Shown here piece after piece: positions 1 to 9,419 of a stretch of DNA of 32,000 nucleotides. Under the pieces are notes generated by a model. It made no database searches and had not been told where the DNA came from. It saw only the letters and a list, made by a program, of their open reading frames with translations. Origin of the DNA: Verrucomicrobiota bacterium (GTDB lineage Bacteria > Verrucomicrobiota > Verrucomicrobiia > Opitutales > LL51); NCBI GenBank assembly GCA_021294815.2, contig CP095464.1, positions 30,001-62,000 of the forward strand, written 5' to 3'. Positions within the stretch are counted from its first letter, which is position 1. Each line of letters opens with the position of its first letter. Both the position numbers and the translations under genes were made by a program.

Positions 1-168
1 AAACCCTGGGAAATTTTCAATTTCTGAGGTCATGGAGAGCTGGCCTAGCGGTTGGTTCCCCTCGATGACCAGCGGTGCCAAGTTGGCACGTGCCGCATAG
101 ATCGCCGCCGTTAACCCGGCACATCCGCTACCGATAATGACCAGCTGCTCCAGCATAACTCTATCCAT
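1..168 (-). CDS. trxB: Thioredoxin-disulfide reductase, N-terminal fragment (gene continues beyond the left edge)
   Basis: Not in the ORF track because it is truncated by the window edge. Reverse-strand translation from the ATG at 168-166 gives [56 protein letters not shown]. It has the GSGxAG FAD-binding motif and is nearly colinear with the E. coli TrxB N-terminus as I recall it ([33 protein letters not shown]). Confidence 0.85.
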   Translation of the reverse strand, partial: MDRVMLEQLVIIGSGCAGLTAAIYAARANLAPLVIEGNQPLGQLSMTSEIENFPGF

Positions 169-207
169 ATATGAACCTTCAATGTCGACAAGTTTTTTCG
201 AGTAGAG

Positions 208-1353
208 TTAAAACGCAAAACGTCGCGCGACTTGGCAGGCTTGAGAGCGAACCATCTGATCGACCGCTAAAATTTCCTCAAGAGTCGTATAAGTGCGATC
301 ATCGATTTTTTCGAGTACCGCTTCCAATATTTGAGGGATGCTCAAAAATGGAATTTTATGGGCTAAAAAGAGTTCGACGGCAACCTCGTTGGCCGCATTG
401 TACGCGATGTGAAGACTTTGCTTTCGCCGAGCTACCTCATACGCGAGTCGCAAACAGGGGAATTTTTTTAGATCCGGCGCATAGAAGTGTAACGACCCTA
501 GAAGCGCAAGATCAAGCTTCTCGGATTGGGGAGCTATACCGCGTTCCGGGAAAAATAAGCAGGCACGTGCGGCGTAGGCTATCGAGGTCGGTGATAATTG
601 CGCTAGCGTATTTCCATCAACAAACTCAACCAACGAATGGACAACACACTCCGGGTGAACTAAAACTTCAATTTGTTCTGCTCGGACTTGAAAAAGGTGC
701 ATCGCCTCAATGATCTCAAGACCCTTATTGGCCATCGTCGAAGAATCGACCGTAATCTTGGCGCCCATAGACCATTTGGGATGATTCAAAACAATTTCTG
801 GCGTCGCCGCCTCCATTTCTGAAACCGGTAAATTCCAAAACCTTCCTCCAGAAGCCGTTAGCTGCAATTTTTGAATTTCTCCTGTTTCGCCGCGCGTACA
901 CTGAAAAATCGCGTTATGTTCGCTATCAAGAGGTAAAATTTGTACCCCCCGCTCCCGTGCACGCTGCATCACAAGATCTCCTGCCTCGACCAGAATCTCC
1001 TTACTTGCAAGAATAATATCTTTGCCGCGATCGATCGCCCGAAGCGTTGGTTTAAGGCCATCAATTCCTGAAATGGCGACAACGAGCACATCAAAATCAA
1101 GCTCCGTAACCATCGCCGTCAGACCCATCGATCCTCGATAAATTTTGCGATTGGAGGTAATATGAATCGTTTCATCGGTGATCGCGAGCGCCGAAATATT
1201 GAGCTCCAGCAACAATTCTTGTGCGCGGATAACGTTACGTTGGCATGCAATTCCAACGACTTCAAAAAATTCTCGATGGGCAGCAATCTCACGTAAAACC
1301 GTTTGCCCCACTGACCCCGTGGCACCTAAAATAACGATTCGTTTTTTTTTCAT
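208..1353 (-). CDS. dxr: 1-deoxy-D-xylulose 5-phosphate reductoisomerase
   Basis: ORF 208..1401. The N-terminus MKKKRIVILGATGSVGQTVL is the classic Dxr NADPH-binding start. Internal motifs LPLDSEHNAIFQC and NKGLEIIEAMHLF are also present. I place the start at the ATG at 1353 (MKKKRIV) rather than at the upstream in-frame codon at 1401. Confidence 0.9.
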   Translation of the reverse strand: MKKKRIVILGATGSVGQTVLREIAAHREFFEVVGIACQRNVIRAQELLLELNISALAITDETIHITSNRKIYRGSMGLTAMVTELDFDVLVVAISGIDGLKPTLRAIDRGKDIILASKEILVEAGDLVMQRARERGVQILPLDSEHNAIFQCTRGETGEIQKLQLTASGGRFWNLPVSEMEAATPEIVLNHPKWSMGAKITVDSSTMANKGLEIIEAMHLFQVRAEQIEVLVHPECVVHSLVEFVDGNTLAQLSPTSIAYAARACLFFPERGIAPQSEKLDLALLGSLHFYAPDLKKFPCLRLAYEVARRKQSLHIAYNAANEVAVELFLAHKIPFLSIPQILEAVLEKIDDRTYTTLEEILAVDQMVRSQACQVARRFAF

Positions 1354-1506
1354 GGCGTTCTTTTTGCGCGCGGTTTCTAGCATAGAGGCCCAACAATTCA
1401 ATTCTTTTTTTAGCCTTTTTCACTTCCAGAAAATGCCGTTTTAGGTGATATTCTTTGAATTTATCGGTATTTCTCGGAATTTTTTAACAAAAATGAGTAA
1501 ATTTTC

Positions 1507-1535
1507 TTGACATTAAAACAGAAACACAATGGATT
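1507..1535 (+). promoter_or_regulatory. Candidate sigma70-like promoter for the response-regulator gene
   Basis: TTGACA (1507-1512), a 17-nt spacer, then a weak -10 TGGATT (1530-1535). The ATG at 1545 lies only 9 nt downstream, with no SD in between. Motif match only. Confidence 0.3.
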
Positions 1536-1544
1536 TGTTCCACT

Positions 1545-2303
1545 ATGGCGGCTAAAGTAAAGCCTTTGATTTTGGTAGTTGAGGATGATAGCGAGCTTTC
1601 AGACCTTATTGAGAAACAGCTACGGGTTTCGGGCATGGATGCTCAAAAGTTTTATAATGCCGATGATGCCTTGAAGTTCTTGCAGCGCTCCTTTTCGAAT
1701 TTAATGCTGCTAGACCTAAACCTACCCGATAAAAATGGGCTCGACCTCCTCGAAGACCTGAAGAAAAAGAGTATTTCGATTCCGACGATCTTTATTTCGG
1801 GTGAAAATCGAGAAGAGATCAAAGTTGCGAGTTTAGAAGCTGGAGGGGACGATTATATGACGAAGCCTTTCGGTCTGAATGAATTGCTATCACGGATTGC
1901 CGCCGTACTCCGTCGCTCAGAGCGCTCTGGTGACACCCAGTTGACCGCCAATGCCTCACTGACTGATGGCGTTTTTGAATTTTTAGGGACACAGGTTGAC
2001 CCTAGTCGCCTTGAAATTCGCTTTCCTGATGGTTCAACGGAGAAAATCGGTCGCAAGGAGTTCGGAATTATTTCTTACTTTGCCCAAAACCCTCATCTTA
2101 TTTTGAGCCGCAAAAGCATTATCCACAATATCTGGGGCGAACACGCGAATGTGAAGAGTCGTTCTCTGGACCAGTATGTCGTTAAATTACGCAAGCTGTT
2201 CCTAGTACACGGGATCAATACAGAAGATACGATTCGTACTTCACACGGTATTGGTTACACCTACGCTCCAAAGGCGACATCTGCCCTGCCTGTAACACGC
2301 TAA
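1545..2303 (+). CDS. OmpR/PhoB-family response regulator (receiver plus winged-helix DNA-binding domain)
   Basis: Receiver motifs are present: LILVVEDD, the phospho-acceptor context MLLDLNLPD, IFISG and DDYMTKPF. The C-terminal trans_reg_C-like part contains LDQYVVKLRKL and GIGYTY. No histidine kinase is adjacent. Confidence 0.85.
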   Translation: MAAKVKPLILVVEDDSELSDLIEKQLRVSGMDAQKFYNADDALKFLQRSFSNLMLLDLNLPDKNGLDLLEDLKKKSISIPTIFISGENREEIKVASLEAGGDDYMTKPFGLNELLSRIAAVLRRSERSGDTQLTANASLTDGVFEFLGTQVDPSRLEIRFPDGSTEKIGRKEFGIISYFAQNPHLILSRKSIIHNIWGEHANVKSRSLDQYVVKLRKLFLVHGINTEDTIRTSHGIGYTYAPKATSALPVTR

Positions 2304-2373
2304 ATCGCAAATTAACTAGTTTTTACCTTCGCTATTAGCTTGAAGGTACGTTGGTAAGTCTTTGGTTCGGTGC

Positions 2374-3771
2374 ATGGGACAGGTTCTCGAAGAGGGAGCA
2401 TTTTTCGACGTCGCGGTTATCGGCAGCGGTTTAGCAGGCTTAACGGCTGCTAACTACCTAGCGAAACTTGGTTTGAAAGTCGCAATTTTTGAGCAGCACT
2501 ATGTTCTCGGGGGGCTCGCGGCCTATTTTTCTCGAAAGGGACATATTTTTGATATTTCGCTGCATGGATTTCCTGTTGGTATGGTTAAATCGTGTCGCAA
2601 GTATTGGTCTCCGGAAATTGCCGAGAGCATTGTTCAACTCAAGCGCATCCGATTCTCAAATCCGCAATTTGACCTTGAGACTACGTTCACGAAGGAAGAT
2701 TTCACCCGAATTCTCATTGAGCAGTTCCATGTTGCGCGCGACGTTGTTGAGAACTTCTTCACGACGCTTCGGCAAATGAATTTCTACGACCACAACTTGC
2801 AGAAAACGAAAAATTTATTTAAACAATTTTTCCCCGGACGCGACGACGTCCATCGCCTGTTGATGGAACCTATTGCCTACGCCAACGGATCGACGCTCGA
2901 CGATGAGGCCATCACATATGGTATTGTTTTTTCCAACTTCATGAGCAAGGGCGTCTATACTTTTGAGGGTGGGACCGACGCGCTGTTAAAAAAGATAGAG
3001 AAAACGCTAAGCGACAATGGTGTTGCCATTTTTAAACGCCATAAAGTTGACAAAATTTTGATCAAAGATCAAAAAGTTCAAGGTCTTGTTGTCCAAGGGA
3101 AGCAAATTCAGTGTCGAGCGATTTTATCCAATTCACACATTCTCAATACGGTACGCGATCTCGTCGGAGAAAACCATTTTCCCGCTTCATTTATTCAAAA
3201 AATCCATAAGACGCGAATCAACAACAGCTCTTGTCAGGTTTATATCGGTATTCGAGAAAATGCGTCGATTGACGATATCGGTGACCTCATTTTCACCTCG
3301 CACAACCCCCATTTTAGCAGCACTGAGTTGCGCGATTTCCACACGACAAGCCGGACGTTTTCGCTCTATTACCCCAAAACGCGGCCACAGGAGAAACCGA
3401 TGCACTCGATCGTCGCTTCAATGAACGCCAACTGGGATGACTGGGCGTCGCTCTCGGAGGAACGCTACCAGCAAGAAAAAAAGCGCATTACGGAAGAATG
3501 TATCACACATCTGGAGTCATTTTTTCCTGATATCCGACAAAAGATTGATTTTACCGAGGCCGCGACACCCAAGACTTTTTATCGCTACACCGGTCACCCT
3601 TGCGGGACCTCCTTTGGAACAAAATTTGAGGGGCTCGAGCTCTCGATGAAACTGCCGAACGAAGTTCAAGGTCTCTATCATGCGGGATCGGTCGGCATTA
3701 TCATGTCCGGCTGGCTTGGTGCGATGAATTACGGCGTCATCGCTGCACATAAACTTGCGAACTCCCTATAA
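2374..3771 (+). CDS. NAD(P)/FAD-dependent oxidoreductase, phytoene-desaturase (CrtI)-like family
   Basis: N-terminal Rossmann motif [36 protein letters not shown]. The ~465-aa length and the C-terminal [17 protein letters not shown] are typical of the amine-oxidase/CrtI fold. The track start at 2362 is TTG; the ATG at 2374 is preferred. Substrate unknown. Confidence 0.7.
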   Translation: MGQVLEEGAFFDVAVIGSGLAGLTAANYLAKLGLKVAIFEQHYVLGGLAAYFSRKGHIFDISLHGFPVGMVKSCRKYWSPEIAESIVQLKRIRFSNPQFDLETTFTKEDFTRILIEQFHVARDVVENFFTTLRQMNFYDHNLQKTKNLFKQFFPGRDDVHRLLMEPIAYANGSTLDDEAITYGIVFSNFMSKGVYTFEGGTDALLKKIEKTLSDNGVAIFKRHKVDKILIKDQKVQGLVVQGKQIQCRAILSNSHILNTVRDLVGENHFPASFIQKIHKTRINNSSCQVYIGIRENASIDDIGDLIFTSHNPHFSSTELRDFHTTSRTFSLYYPKTRPQEKPMHSIVASMNANWDDWASLSEERYQQEKKRITEECITHLESFFPDIRQKIDFTEAATPKTFYRYTGHPCGTSFGTKFEGLELSMKLPNEVQGLYHAGSVGIIMSGWLGAMNYGVIAAHKLANSL

Positions 3772-4833
3772 ATATGTTCCTGCGCCGAGAAGTACCCCAC
3801 TCTCATAAAACGCCGCGACCTGACCTGGAGCTAAGGCTCGTTGCTCTGATTTGAAAGTAATAATAGCCTCATCGTCGCCAATGCGTTCAAACAAAATTTC
3901 TTGATCCGGATCGCGGTAGCGCGGACGACAAACAATAGTAGCGCGCTCTGGCAGTGGCCGATTGGTGCAACTTAGACGATGCACACGGTACGTTTTCCCG
4001 TACAGCTTACGCTCCGACTCAAAGGCGACGTACAAGACATTATGTTTCAAATCCTTTCCCGTAACGACATAGAAGTTACCGTCGGAATTAGAGGGAACCC
4101 CAAGCCCATGCCGTTGCCCAATCGTGAATTGATGAAGACCCTGATGCCGCCCCACAACTTTGCCATGGTTATCGATAATGGAACCAGGTTTATTAGGGAT
4201 AAAATGTGATAAAAAATGTTGAATTTTAACTTTTCCTAAAAAACAAATCCCTTGACTGTCCTTTTTTGCGGCAGTGCACAACCCCAACTCGCGTGCATAA
4301 CGTCGCACTTCCGTCTTTTTAATGAAATCGCCTAAGGGAAAAATCGCGTTTTGAATCTGTTTTTGTTGAAGATAAGCCAAAAAGTAGGTCTGGTCTTTTT
4401 CGTGGTCTGCAGGGACGACGATATCGACTGTTCCATCACTATTTGCACGTTTTTGCGCGTAATGTCCCGTCGCAATCATTGTATCGATGCCAAGTACGCT
4501 TTGGAGCGCACCGAATTTGATAAATTGGTTACACAGAATATCGGGATTCGGAGTTCGTCCGTTCTGATATCCCGCCAATAAAGGATCGACAACGAATTCT
4601 TTGTAGCGATTGATCATATTGACGATTTTAAAGGGAATTCCCAACTGAGTTGCGACTTTTTGGGCATCTTCTGCATCTTGCCGCCAGGGGCATGCACCGA
4701 TAGGATAAACTGCCTCGTCATTGTGCCACGTTCGCATGTAGACCCCCGAAATATCGGCATATTGCTGCTGAACCAGCCAGGCCGCGACCGAGCTGTCCAC
4801 CCCTCCCGACATCGCCACAGTCACGCTACTCAT
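3766..4833 (-). CDS. mnmA: tRNA 2-thiouridine(34) synthase
   Basis: PP-loop motif [15 protein letters not shown], plus NPDILCN, KDQTYFL and SQGICFLG, all typical of MnmA. The start overlaps the upstream gene stop by 8 nt (ATGAGTAG). Confidence 0.9.
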   Translation of the reverse strand: MSSVTVAMSGGVDSSVAAWLVQQQYADISGVYMRTWHNDEAVYPIGACPWRQDAEDAQKVATQLGIPFKIVNMINRYKEFVVDPLLAGYQNGRTPNPDILCNQFIKFGALQSVLGIDTMIATGHYAQKRANSDGTVDIVVPADHEKDQTYFLAYLQQKQIQNAIFPLGDFIKKTEVRRYARELGLCTAAKKDSQGICFLGKVKIQHFLSHFIPNKPGSIIDNHGKVVGRHQGLHQFTIGQRHGLGVPSNSDGNFYVVTGKDLKHNVLYVAFESERKLYGKTYRVHRLSCTNRPLPERATIVCRPRYRDPDQEILFERIGDDEAIITFKSEQRALAPGQVAAFYESGVLLGAGTYL

Positions 4834-6013
4834 GATGCAAATCCGACAAAATCTTTTGTACAGCGGCGACTAGGAACTCAACTTGGTAAGGTGTGCCACG
4901 AAGTTTCCCGTAAGCTTTGTGCCCAACGATAAAAAAAGTCCATGAGTACTTTTCGTTGATTAGGACCTCAAATTTTTCGCTACTATTCGCATCGATCGGT
5001 GTTTCTGGTGCAATCCCTATCGGACGAAGTAATCGAAAATTGTCCAGAATTTCTTGCGTATGTTCGGAAGAAATAATTTTTGTTGCCCCCTGCGTATCTG
5101 ATTGAAATGCACACCAATGCCCTTCTTCATCTTGGACAAATATCAGGTTCTTTTTAGAGAGAAGAAATTGCAGCGATTGCGGTGTAGGTAATAGTTTTCC
5201 CCAGTCAATGAGTGCAACTTGCAGATTGCCTAAAAGATTATCTTTATCTGGGAAATCAACGGTAATGGCAGAAGTTTCGAGCCACGCTTTGCGCTGGCCG
5301 ACATCTGAGGAGCCGAAGTAGGTTGTAAAAGCGCGTCGCTCTCGATCTTTTAAAGTCACCGTTAATGCAACCTCTCTCATTTCAGAGTTAATCGCTGAAA
5401 GATTCGGTAACCACTCTAAAGTAGTCCACTGTTTCAAGAAAACTTCAATTTGGTCCCCATCGGCTGGAATTTCGTAAGGCCTTACAAAATACCAATTTTC
5501 CCGATCTCGTTTAGTTAAAGCGTAGCGCTTTTTTCCCAAAAAATCCTTAAAAATAATCTTTTGAATGCCGTCTTTTTCTAGGGGACAGCGAGCTCCTTTG
5601 AGCCAAAAATAGGGGTTCCAATAGTGATTCCATATTTCTTCTTGTGACAGATTGACATTAGGTCTGCCTCCTTGAATTTCCTCAATAATTTTCCCTTGGT
5701 GAAACAATTGTATCCGTACATTCTGGGGAAAGGTGCTGTAACTGTTTTTCAATGTACTCAAAAACTCGCGAACGGCAAAAATGTTTGCTGGCCAGAGAAA
5801 GGGCTCAATCAAATTCCAGGAATTTTCCTGCTTTTCTAAATCAATTTTCGAGTTTTCCCTTTCGAGGACGATACGGTCGATGCCCGCTTCAACGTATAAA
5901 TTGGACGAAAAATTTTCTATTGTGTGCTTAGAGAAACCGCGAAATAAAAACCAATTAGCCGCCAAACTAAGGATCAAAAGTCCTAAAAAAAGGCCTATTT
6001 TGATAATTCTCAT
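4826..6013 (-). CDS. Membrane-anchored DUF4340-like protein (usual partner of GldG-type ABC auxiliary proteins)
   Basis: There is an N-terminal signal anchor IIKIGLFLGLLILSLAANWFLF. Repeated units of the DUF4340 pattern are present (IDLEKQENSWNLIEPFLWPANIFAVREFLSTLKN and RENWYFVRPYEIPADGDQIEVFLKQW). An ATGA start/stop overlap links it to the GldG-like gene upstream. The family call is by pattern only. Confidence 0.55.
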   Translation of the reverse strand: MRIIKIGLFLGLLILSLAANWFLFRGFSKHTIENFSSNLYVEAGIDRIVLERENSKIDLEKQENSWNLIEPFLWPANIFAVREFLSTLKNSYSTFPQNVRIQLFHQGKIIEEIQGGRPNVNLSQEEIWNHYWNPYFWLKGARCPLEKDGIQKIIFKDFLGKKRYALTKRDRENWYFVRPYEIPADGDQIEVFLKQWTTLEWLPNLSAINSEMREVALTVTLKDRERRAFTTYFGSSDVGQRKAWLETSAITVDFPDKDNLLGNLQVALIDWGKLLPTPQSLQFLLSKKNLIFVQDEEGHWCAFQSDTQGATKIISSEHTQEILDNFRLLRPIGIAPETPIDANSSEKFEVLINEKYSWTFFIVGHKAYGKLRGTPYQVEFLVAAVQKILSDLHHE

Positions 6014-7389
6014 TTCCGTTTCTGCTGAGAATTTTTCGCTACAAAAAATCTAACCAACAGGCACAGTACTAGTGATAACAACCCAATAATAATGCGTTTC
6101 CAATCGGAATCTTGGAGCGAGAACTTGTAGTTTTTTGGAGCAAACTCGAGGCTTAGTTCACCATCTTTTTCCAACATGATATCGACAAGTGCATTCATAA
6201 ATGCTCGATTCCCCAAATCATTAAAGTAGCGATTTTCGACTAAGTTAGAACTTCCTATAACGAGCAATTTTCCTCCACTACCACGTGTTCCCACGGGGGC
6301 AGAAAGTACGGCAAGTGCCTTGGAGTCTTCATTTTTGGAGTTAAAATCTTGGCTTTCGCATTCCCTTCTTTCTTCACTCAATAATAAAAGTGGCATTAAT
6401 TGATGGACGATGGATTTTTCAGGACTATGATCTGTGCGGAACCAGTAGCTCTGGGGCAATAGAACTGACAATCCTTGGAGTTGCTGCAATTTCGGGTAGT
6501 CTCCAAAGTTTTTTACTAAAAACTCCCCATTGAGGTTAAAAAAATTGTCAGACATTTGTGGTTTATCAATGATTCCTTCTCCTCGAACATCATGTTCCTC
6601 GAGAAGCTCTCCAAAGCCGCACATACACGGTGGCGATAATAATAACAAAACGCGACCACCATCATGAAGAAATTTTTGTAAAATTATTAATCCCGATTTC
6701 GAGAAATTTACCTTAGGGCCGGCAATAATCAATAGTGTATCGTCAACAGAGAGTGCATCCAAAAGTTCCGTTTTTTTAAGCTGATAGCCTCTTTGTTGAA
6801 GGCTAATCTTCCATTCAGAACCGCCGAAATACGGATGTACGCTCTCAGGATCTATTTCGCCATGTCCTGAGGTGAAAAGGATTTTTTTAGATCCATAGTG
6901 GGCCCAACTCATCATAAAACCTAATAGAACAGATTCGCCGCAAAATCGCCCATGGGTATCAAAAAAAGTTTCCGACGGCAACACGCATCTGTCACCTTTG
7001 TAGGCCAATAAAACCTGGTTGCGGGTAATCGATCCGAAACGGGAGGTCAGGTCCTGTAATATACGCGGCTGTTTAATAATATCGATAAATGTGAATTGGA
7101 TTTTTTCTGGAGCGGTACATTGGTACGTTTTCCACAAGTATCGCAGGTTTTCTACAAAGGGTGAAACGTCTTCGTAAGAAACATATACTTCCAATGGTTC
7201 TTCAAGCGACTCTAAAACCGTTTGTAGCGTGAATTCTTCTGTCGCTGTCTTGTGAGACCTTTGAAGATTAAAGGAGCCCCCATATTGCTGCCCAAGCTGA
7301 TAAAAACAGAGCCCACAGGAAATCGCCAGGATCGCAAAAAATAGTTTTTTTAAAAAAATCCCCCAATGCTTTATCGCTCCCTTCGCCAT
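6010..7389 (-). CDS. GldG-like ABC-transport auxiliary component family protein
   Basis: It has an N-terminal TM (LFFAILAISCGLCFYQL) and a C-terminal TM (IIIGLLSLVLCLLVRFFV). Between them are the family-typical FTSGHGE motif, LLIIAGPKVNFS and FLHDGGRVLLLL. This matches the GldG / ABC_transp_aux architecture. Confidence 0.6.
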   Translation of the reverse strand: MAKGAIKHWGIFLKKLFFAILAISCGLCFYQLGQQYGGSFNLQRSHKTATEEFTLQTVLESLEEPLEVYVSYEDVSPFVENLRYLWKTYQCTAPEKIQFTFIDIIKQPRILQDLTSRFGSITRNQVLLAYKGDRCVLPSETFFDTHGRFCGESVLLGFMMSWAHYGSKKILFTSGHGEIDPESVHPYFGGSEWKISLQQRGYQLKKTELLDALSVDDTLLIIAGPKVNFSKSGLIILQKFLHDGGRVLLLLSPPCMCGFGELLEEHDVRGEGIIDKPQMSDNFFNLNGEFLVKNFGDYPKLQQLQGLSVLLPQSYWFRTDHSPEKSIVHQLMPLLLLSEERRECESQDFNSKNEDSKALAVLSAPVGTRGSGGKLLVIGSSNLVENRYFNDLGNRAFMNALVDIMLEKDGELSLEFAPKNYKFSLQDSDWKRIIIGLLSLVLCLLVRFFVAKNSQQKRK

Positions 7390-7415
7390 ATCGATCGCGT
7401 CTTTTAAATGGAATT

Positions 7416-8186
7416 TTATTCTGGACGAAACCCGCCACGACCAGCCTGGAGATGCAATATTTCGCCATTCATAAGCTCGATCTCTAGTACTTCACCGCGA
7501 TCGTAATAAACCGCGATGGGCTTTTGATAGGTGATATTTTTCTGCTCGCCGGGCGCCAGTGTCCCTGTGAATACATTCTCTCGGCTCTCCTCTTCGCGGA
7601 CCATCACACGCACGGTATCTTTGGCATGTAACCGCAACTGCTTGGGCTCCACATTAGTGACGGCGCTTTCCGAAGCCCTATTTTCAGAATGAGAGGAAAT
7701 TTTATTAAAGAACAGCCCCAAGATTCCGAGCAACAAGATAATGCCACCGACAATACCTGCAATTTTCAAGATCTTTTGGCGATCAATGATGATTTTCGAA
7801 GTCGTTTTTTTAGCATGGGGATCTTCCAAAACGTCGTCAGTGAAAGATGTTTTAATGTTTTCAAGGTTACGTTCGAGTGCTGCTTGCTGATCGCGCTTCG
7901 TCGCTTCAATTGTCGTATGATGTCGTTGTGCCTCTATGGTTTCAAAAGCGGGTACAGGACACATCGCCATCATCTCGGGAACATCAAGCCCCAGAAAATC
8001 GACATAGGATTTATAAAATCCGCGCTTGTAGATATCTGGCAGGTCGAAATCGAATGACCCATTTTCAATCGACTCTAAATAATCGATCTTAACGCGAATC
8101 GCTTCTGCCACGTCGTCTAGGCTTAACCCTTTTCGCTCGCGCGCTTCCTTTAATCGACTTCCGAACCCCTCGCTCATCGTGCTCAT
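7416..8186 (-). CDS. rodZ: RodZ-like cytoskeleton-associated protein (XRE HTH, single TM, DUF4115-like C-terminal domain)
   Basis: The HTH region is FGSRLKEARERKGLSLDDVAEAIRVKIDYLESIENGSF. The TM is ILKIAGIVGGIILLLGILGLFF. The C-terminal beta-rich domain is LRLHAKDTVRVMVRE...ITYQKPIAVYYDRGEVLEIELMNGE. The start is ambiguous: GTG at 8207, ATG at 8186 or ATG at 8177. Confidence 0.6.
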   Translation of the reverse strand: MSTMSEGFGSRLKEARERKGLSLDDVAEAIRVKIDYLESIENGSFDFDLPDIYKRGFYKSYVDFLGLDVPEMMAMCPVPAFETIEAQRHHTTIEATKRDQQAALERNLENIKTSFTDDVLEDPHAKKTTSKIIIDRQKILKIAGIVGGIILLLGILGLFFNKISSHSENRASESAVTNVEPKQLRLHAKDTVRVMVREEESRENVFTGTLAPGEQKNITYQKPIAVYYDRGEVLEIELMNGEILHLQAGRGGFRPE

Positions 8187-8237
8187 CTTGAAAAATTTGA
8201 CCGACACTTACAACGCATTTTTACGATCCGACAAGCC

Positions 8238-9041
8238 CTAAATGTGAGGAACGGCATCAACCAGCAACCGCGTGTACGGATGGACGGGATTTTGGCAAAT
8301 CGCTTGCGGTTCACCAAGTTCTAAAAAGCGACCATGGCGCATGACGATCATCGTGTCACAAAAACGGGCCACAACCGCAATATTGTGCGCAATCCACAAG
8401 ATCGCCATATTGTGTTTATGTCTTAGATTATCCAAAAGCGATAAAATCCGTTTTTGCACCAATACATCGCAGGCGCTAGTCATTTCATCGCAAATCAAGA
8501 CCTCGGGGGATACTGCAAGCCCACGAGCAATCGAAATGCGCTGACGTTGTCCACCACTTAGTTGTGCAGGATATCGATAGAGCAAAGAAGAATTGAGCTC
8601 AACAGACTCTAATAGCGTTCCGATACGCGATGCCGTTTCTTTGGCAGTTAGGCGAAAATGGATTTTTAGGGGTTCTCTAAGAATGGCCTCCACGCTCATC
8701 GTCGGATTCAGGGCATCGGAGAAATTTTGGGGAATGATCTGAAGGCGGCGACGATAAGGGAAAAACTGTCGGTTGTTGAGCGCTTGCACTTCCTTCCCGT
8801 TCAAAATAATTTTTCCTGAAGTAGCTGGAACAAAGTGTCCAATTGCTTTGATGAGGGTCGATTTCCCGCTGCCGCTTTCCCCAACAACTCCCAAAACTTC
8901 GCCACGCTTAAGCGTTAACGAAACATCATTGACAGCACGGATTGACCTCGTTTTCCAAAACCTCCATCCAACACGCTGACGATAATCGACGACTAGCTTT
9001 TGAACTTCTAAAATGACTGCGCTTTTCACCTTCGAGTTCAA
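8238..9041 (-). CDS. ABC transporter ATP-binding protein, oligopeptide/dipeptide (OppF/DppF)-like
   Basis: Walker A GESGSGKST, Q-loop IPQN, signature LSGGQRQR, Walker B VLICDEMTSACD, H-loop IAHN, and the Opp/Dpp-type C-terminal HPYTRLL. The start is non-ATG (TTG at 9041 or GTG at 9029), and a TGA stop lies immediately upstream in frame. Confidence 0.85.
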   Translation of the reverse strand: MNSKVKSAVILEVQKLVVDYRQRVGWRFWKTRSIRAVNDVSLTLKRGEVLGVVGESGSGKSTLIKAIGHFVPATSGKIILNGKEVQALNNRQFFPYRRRLQIIPQNFSDALNPTMSVEAILREPLKIHFRLTAKETASRIGTLLESVELNSSLLYRYPAQLSGGQRQRISIARGLAVSPEVLICDEMTSACDVLVQKRILSLLDNLRHKHNMAILWIAHNIAVVARFCDTMIVMRHGRFLELGEPQAICQNPVHPYTRLLVDAVPHI

Positions 9042-9084
9042 TCAAACAAGAAGCCCATATTTTTCAATCCAAGGTAACGCGAAC

Positions 9085-9113
9085 TTGACCTTTAAGCACG
9101 GGTTCGCATTTAT
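9085..9113 (+). promoter_or_regulatory. Candidate promoter for gatCA
   Basis: TTGACC (9085-9090), a 17-nt spacer, then ATTTAT (9108-9113). The gatC ATG is 10 nt downstream at 9124. A 6-bp inverted repeat GCGAAC...GTTCGC brackets the -35 and spacer. Motif match only. Confidence 0.3.
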
Positions 9114-9123
9114 TAACATCGCT

Positions 9124-9411
9124 ATGACAAATCAACACGTCGATCTTGATCGCATCATGCAACTCTGCCGCATTGAGCTTACCGACGACGAAAAAAGGAC
9201 CCTAACGCAGCAACTCGACACCATGCTACACTACTTGGACCAAATCCAAGAGGTCGATATCGAAGGTGTCGAACCCTTGTATCACTCAGTAGAAGCCTGT
9301 GATGTTTTACGCGAGGATGTCCCTGGAGAGAATTTTTCAGTTGATGAGGCCTTACAAAACGCTCCGGATACACGAGAGCATCAAATTACCGTTCCCCGTA
9401 TTGTTGATTAG
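9124..9411 (+). CDS. gatC: Asp/Glu-tRNA amidotransferase subunit C
   Basis: The 95-aa product from the ATG at 9124 begins MTNQHVDLDRIMQLCRIELTDDEKRTLTQQLDTMLHYLDQIQEVDIEGVEP, a typical GatC. It lies directly upstream of gatA with an 8-nt gap. The upstream part of track ORF 9013..9411 is treated as non-coding. Confidence 0.85.
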   Translation: MTNQHVDLDRIMQLCRIELTDDEKRTLTQQLDTMLHYLDQIQEVDIEGVEPLYHSVEACDVLREDVPGENFSVDEALQNAPDTREHQITVPRIVD

Positions 9412-9419
9412 CCAATTTT

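Noticed and set aside
171-713. A 180-aa ORF on the + strand.
   Set aside because: It lies entirely antisense to the unmistakable dxr coding sequence. It is Arg/Ser-rich with no motifs, so it is a shadow ORF.
2324-2348. A hairpin (TACCTTCGCT-ATT-AGC-TT-GAAGGTA) after the response-regulator gene, considered as a possible terminator.
   Set aside because: The stem has a 2-nt bulge and is not followed by a T-run on either strand. It is not convincing as an intrinsic terminator, although it may be a weak attenuator or have no function.
6010-7389. The GldG-like protein as evidence for Bacteroidetes-type gliding motility.
   Set aside because: No gldA/gldF or other gld genes are present. The GldG/ABC-auxiliary family is widespread in non-gliding bacteria.
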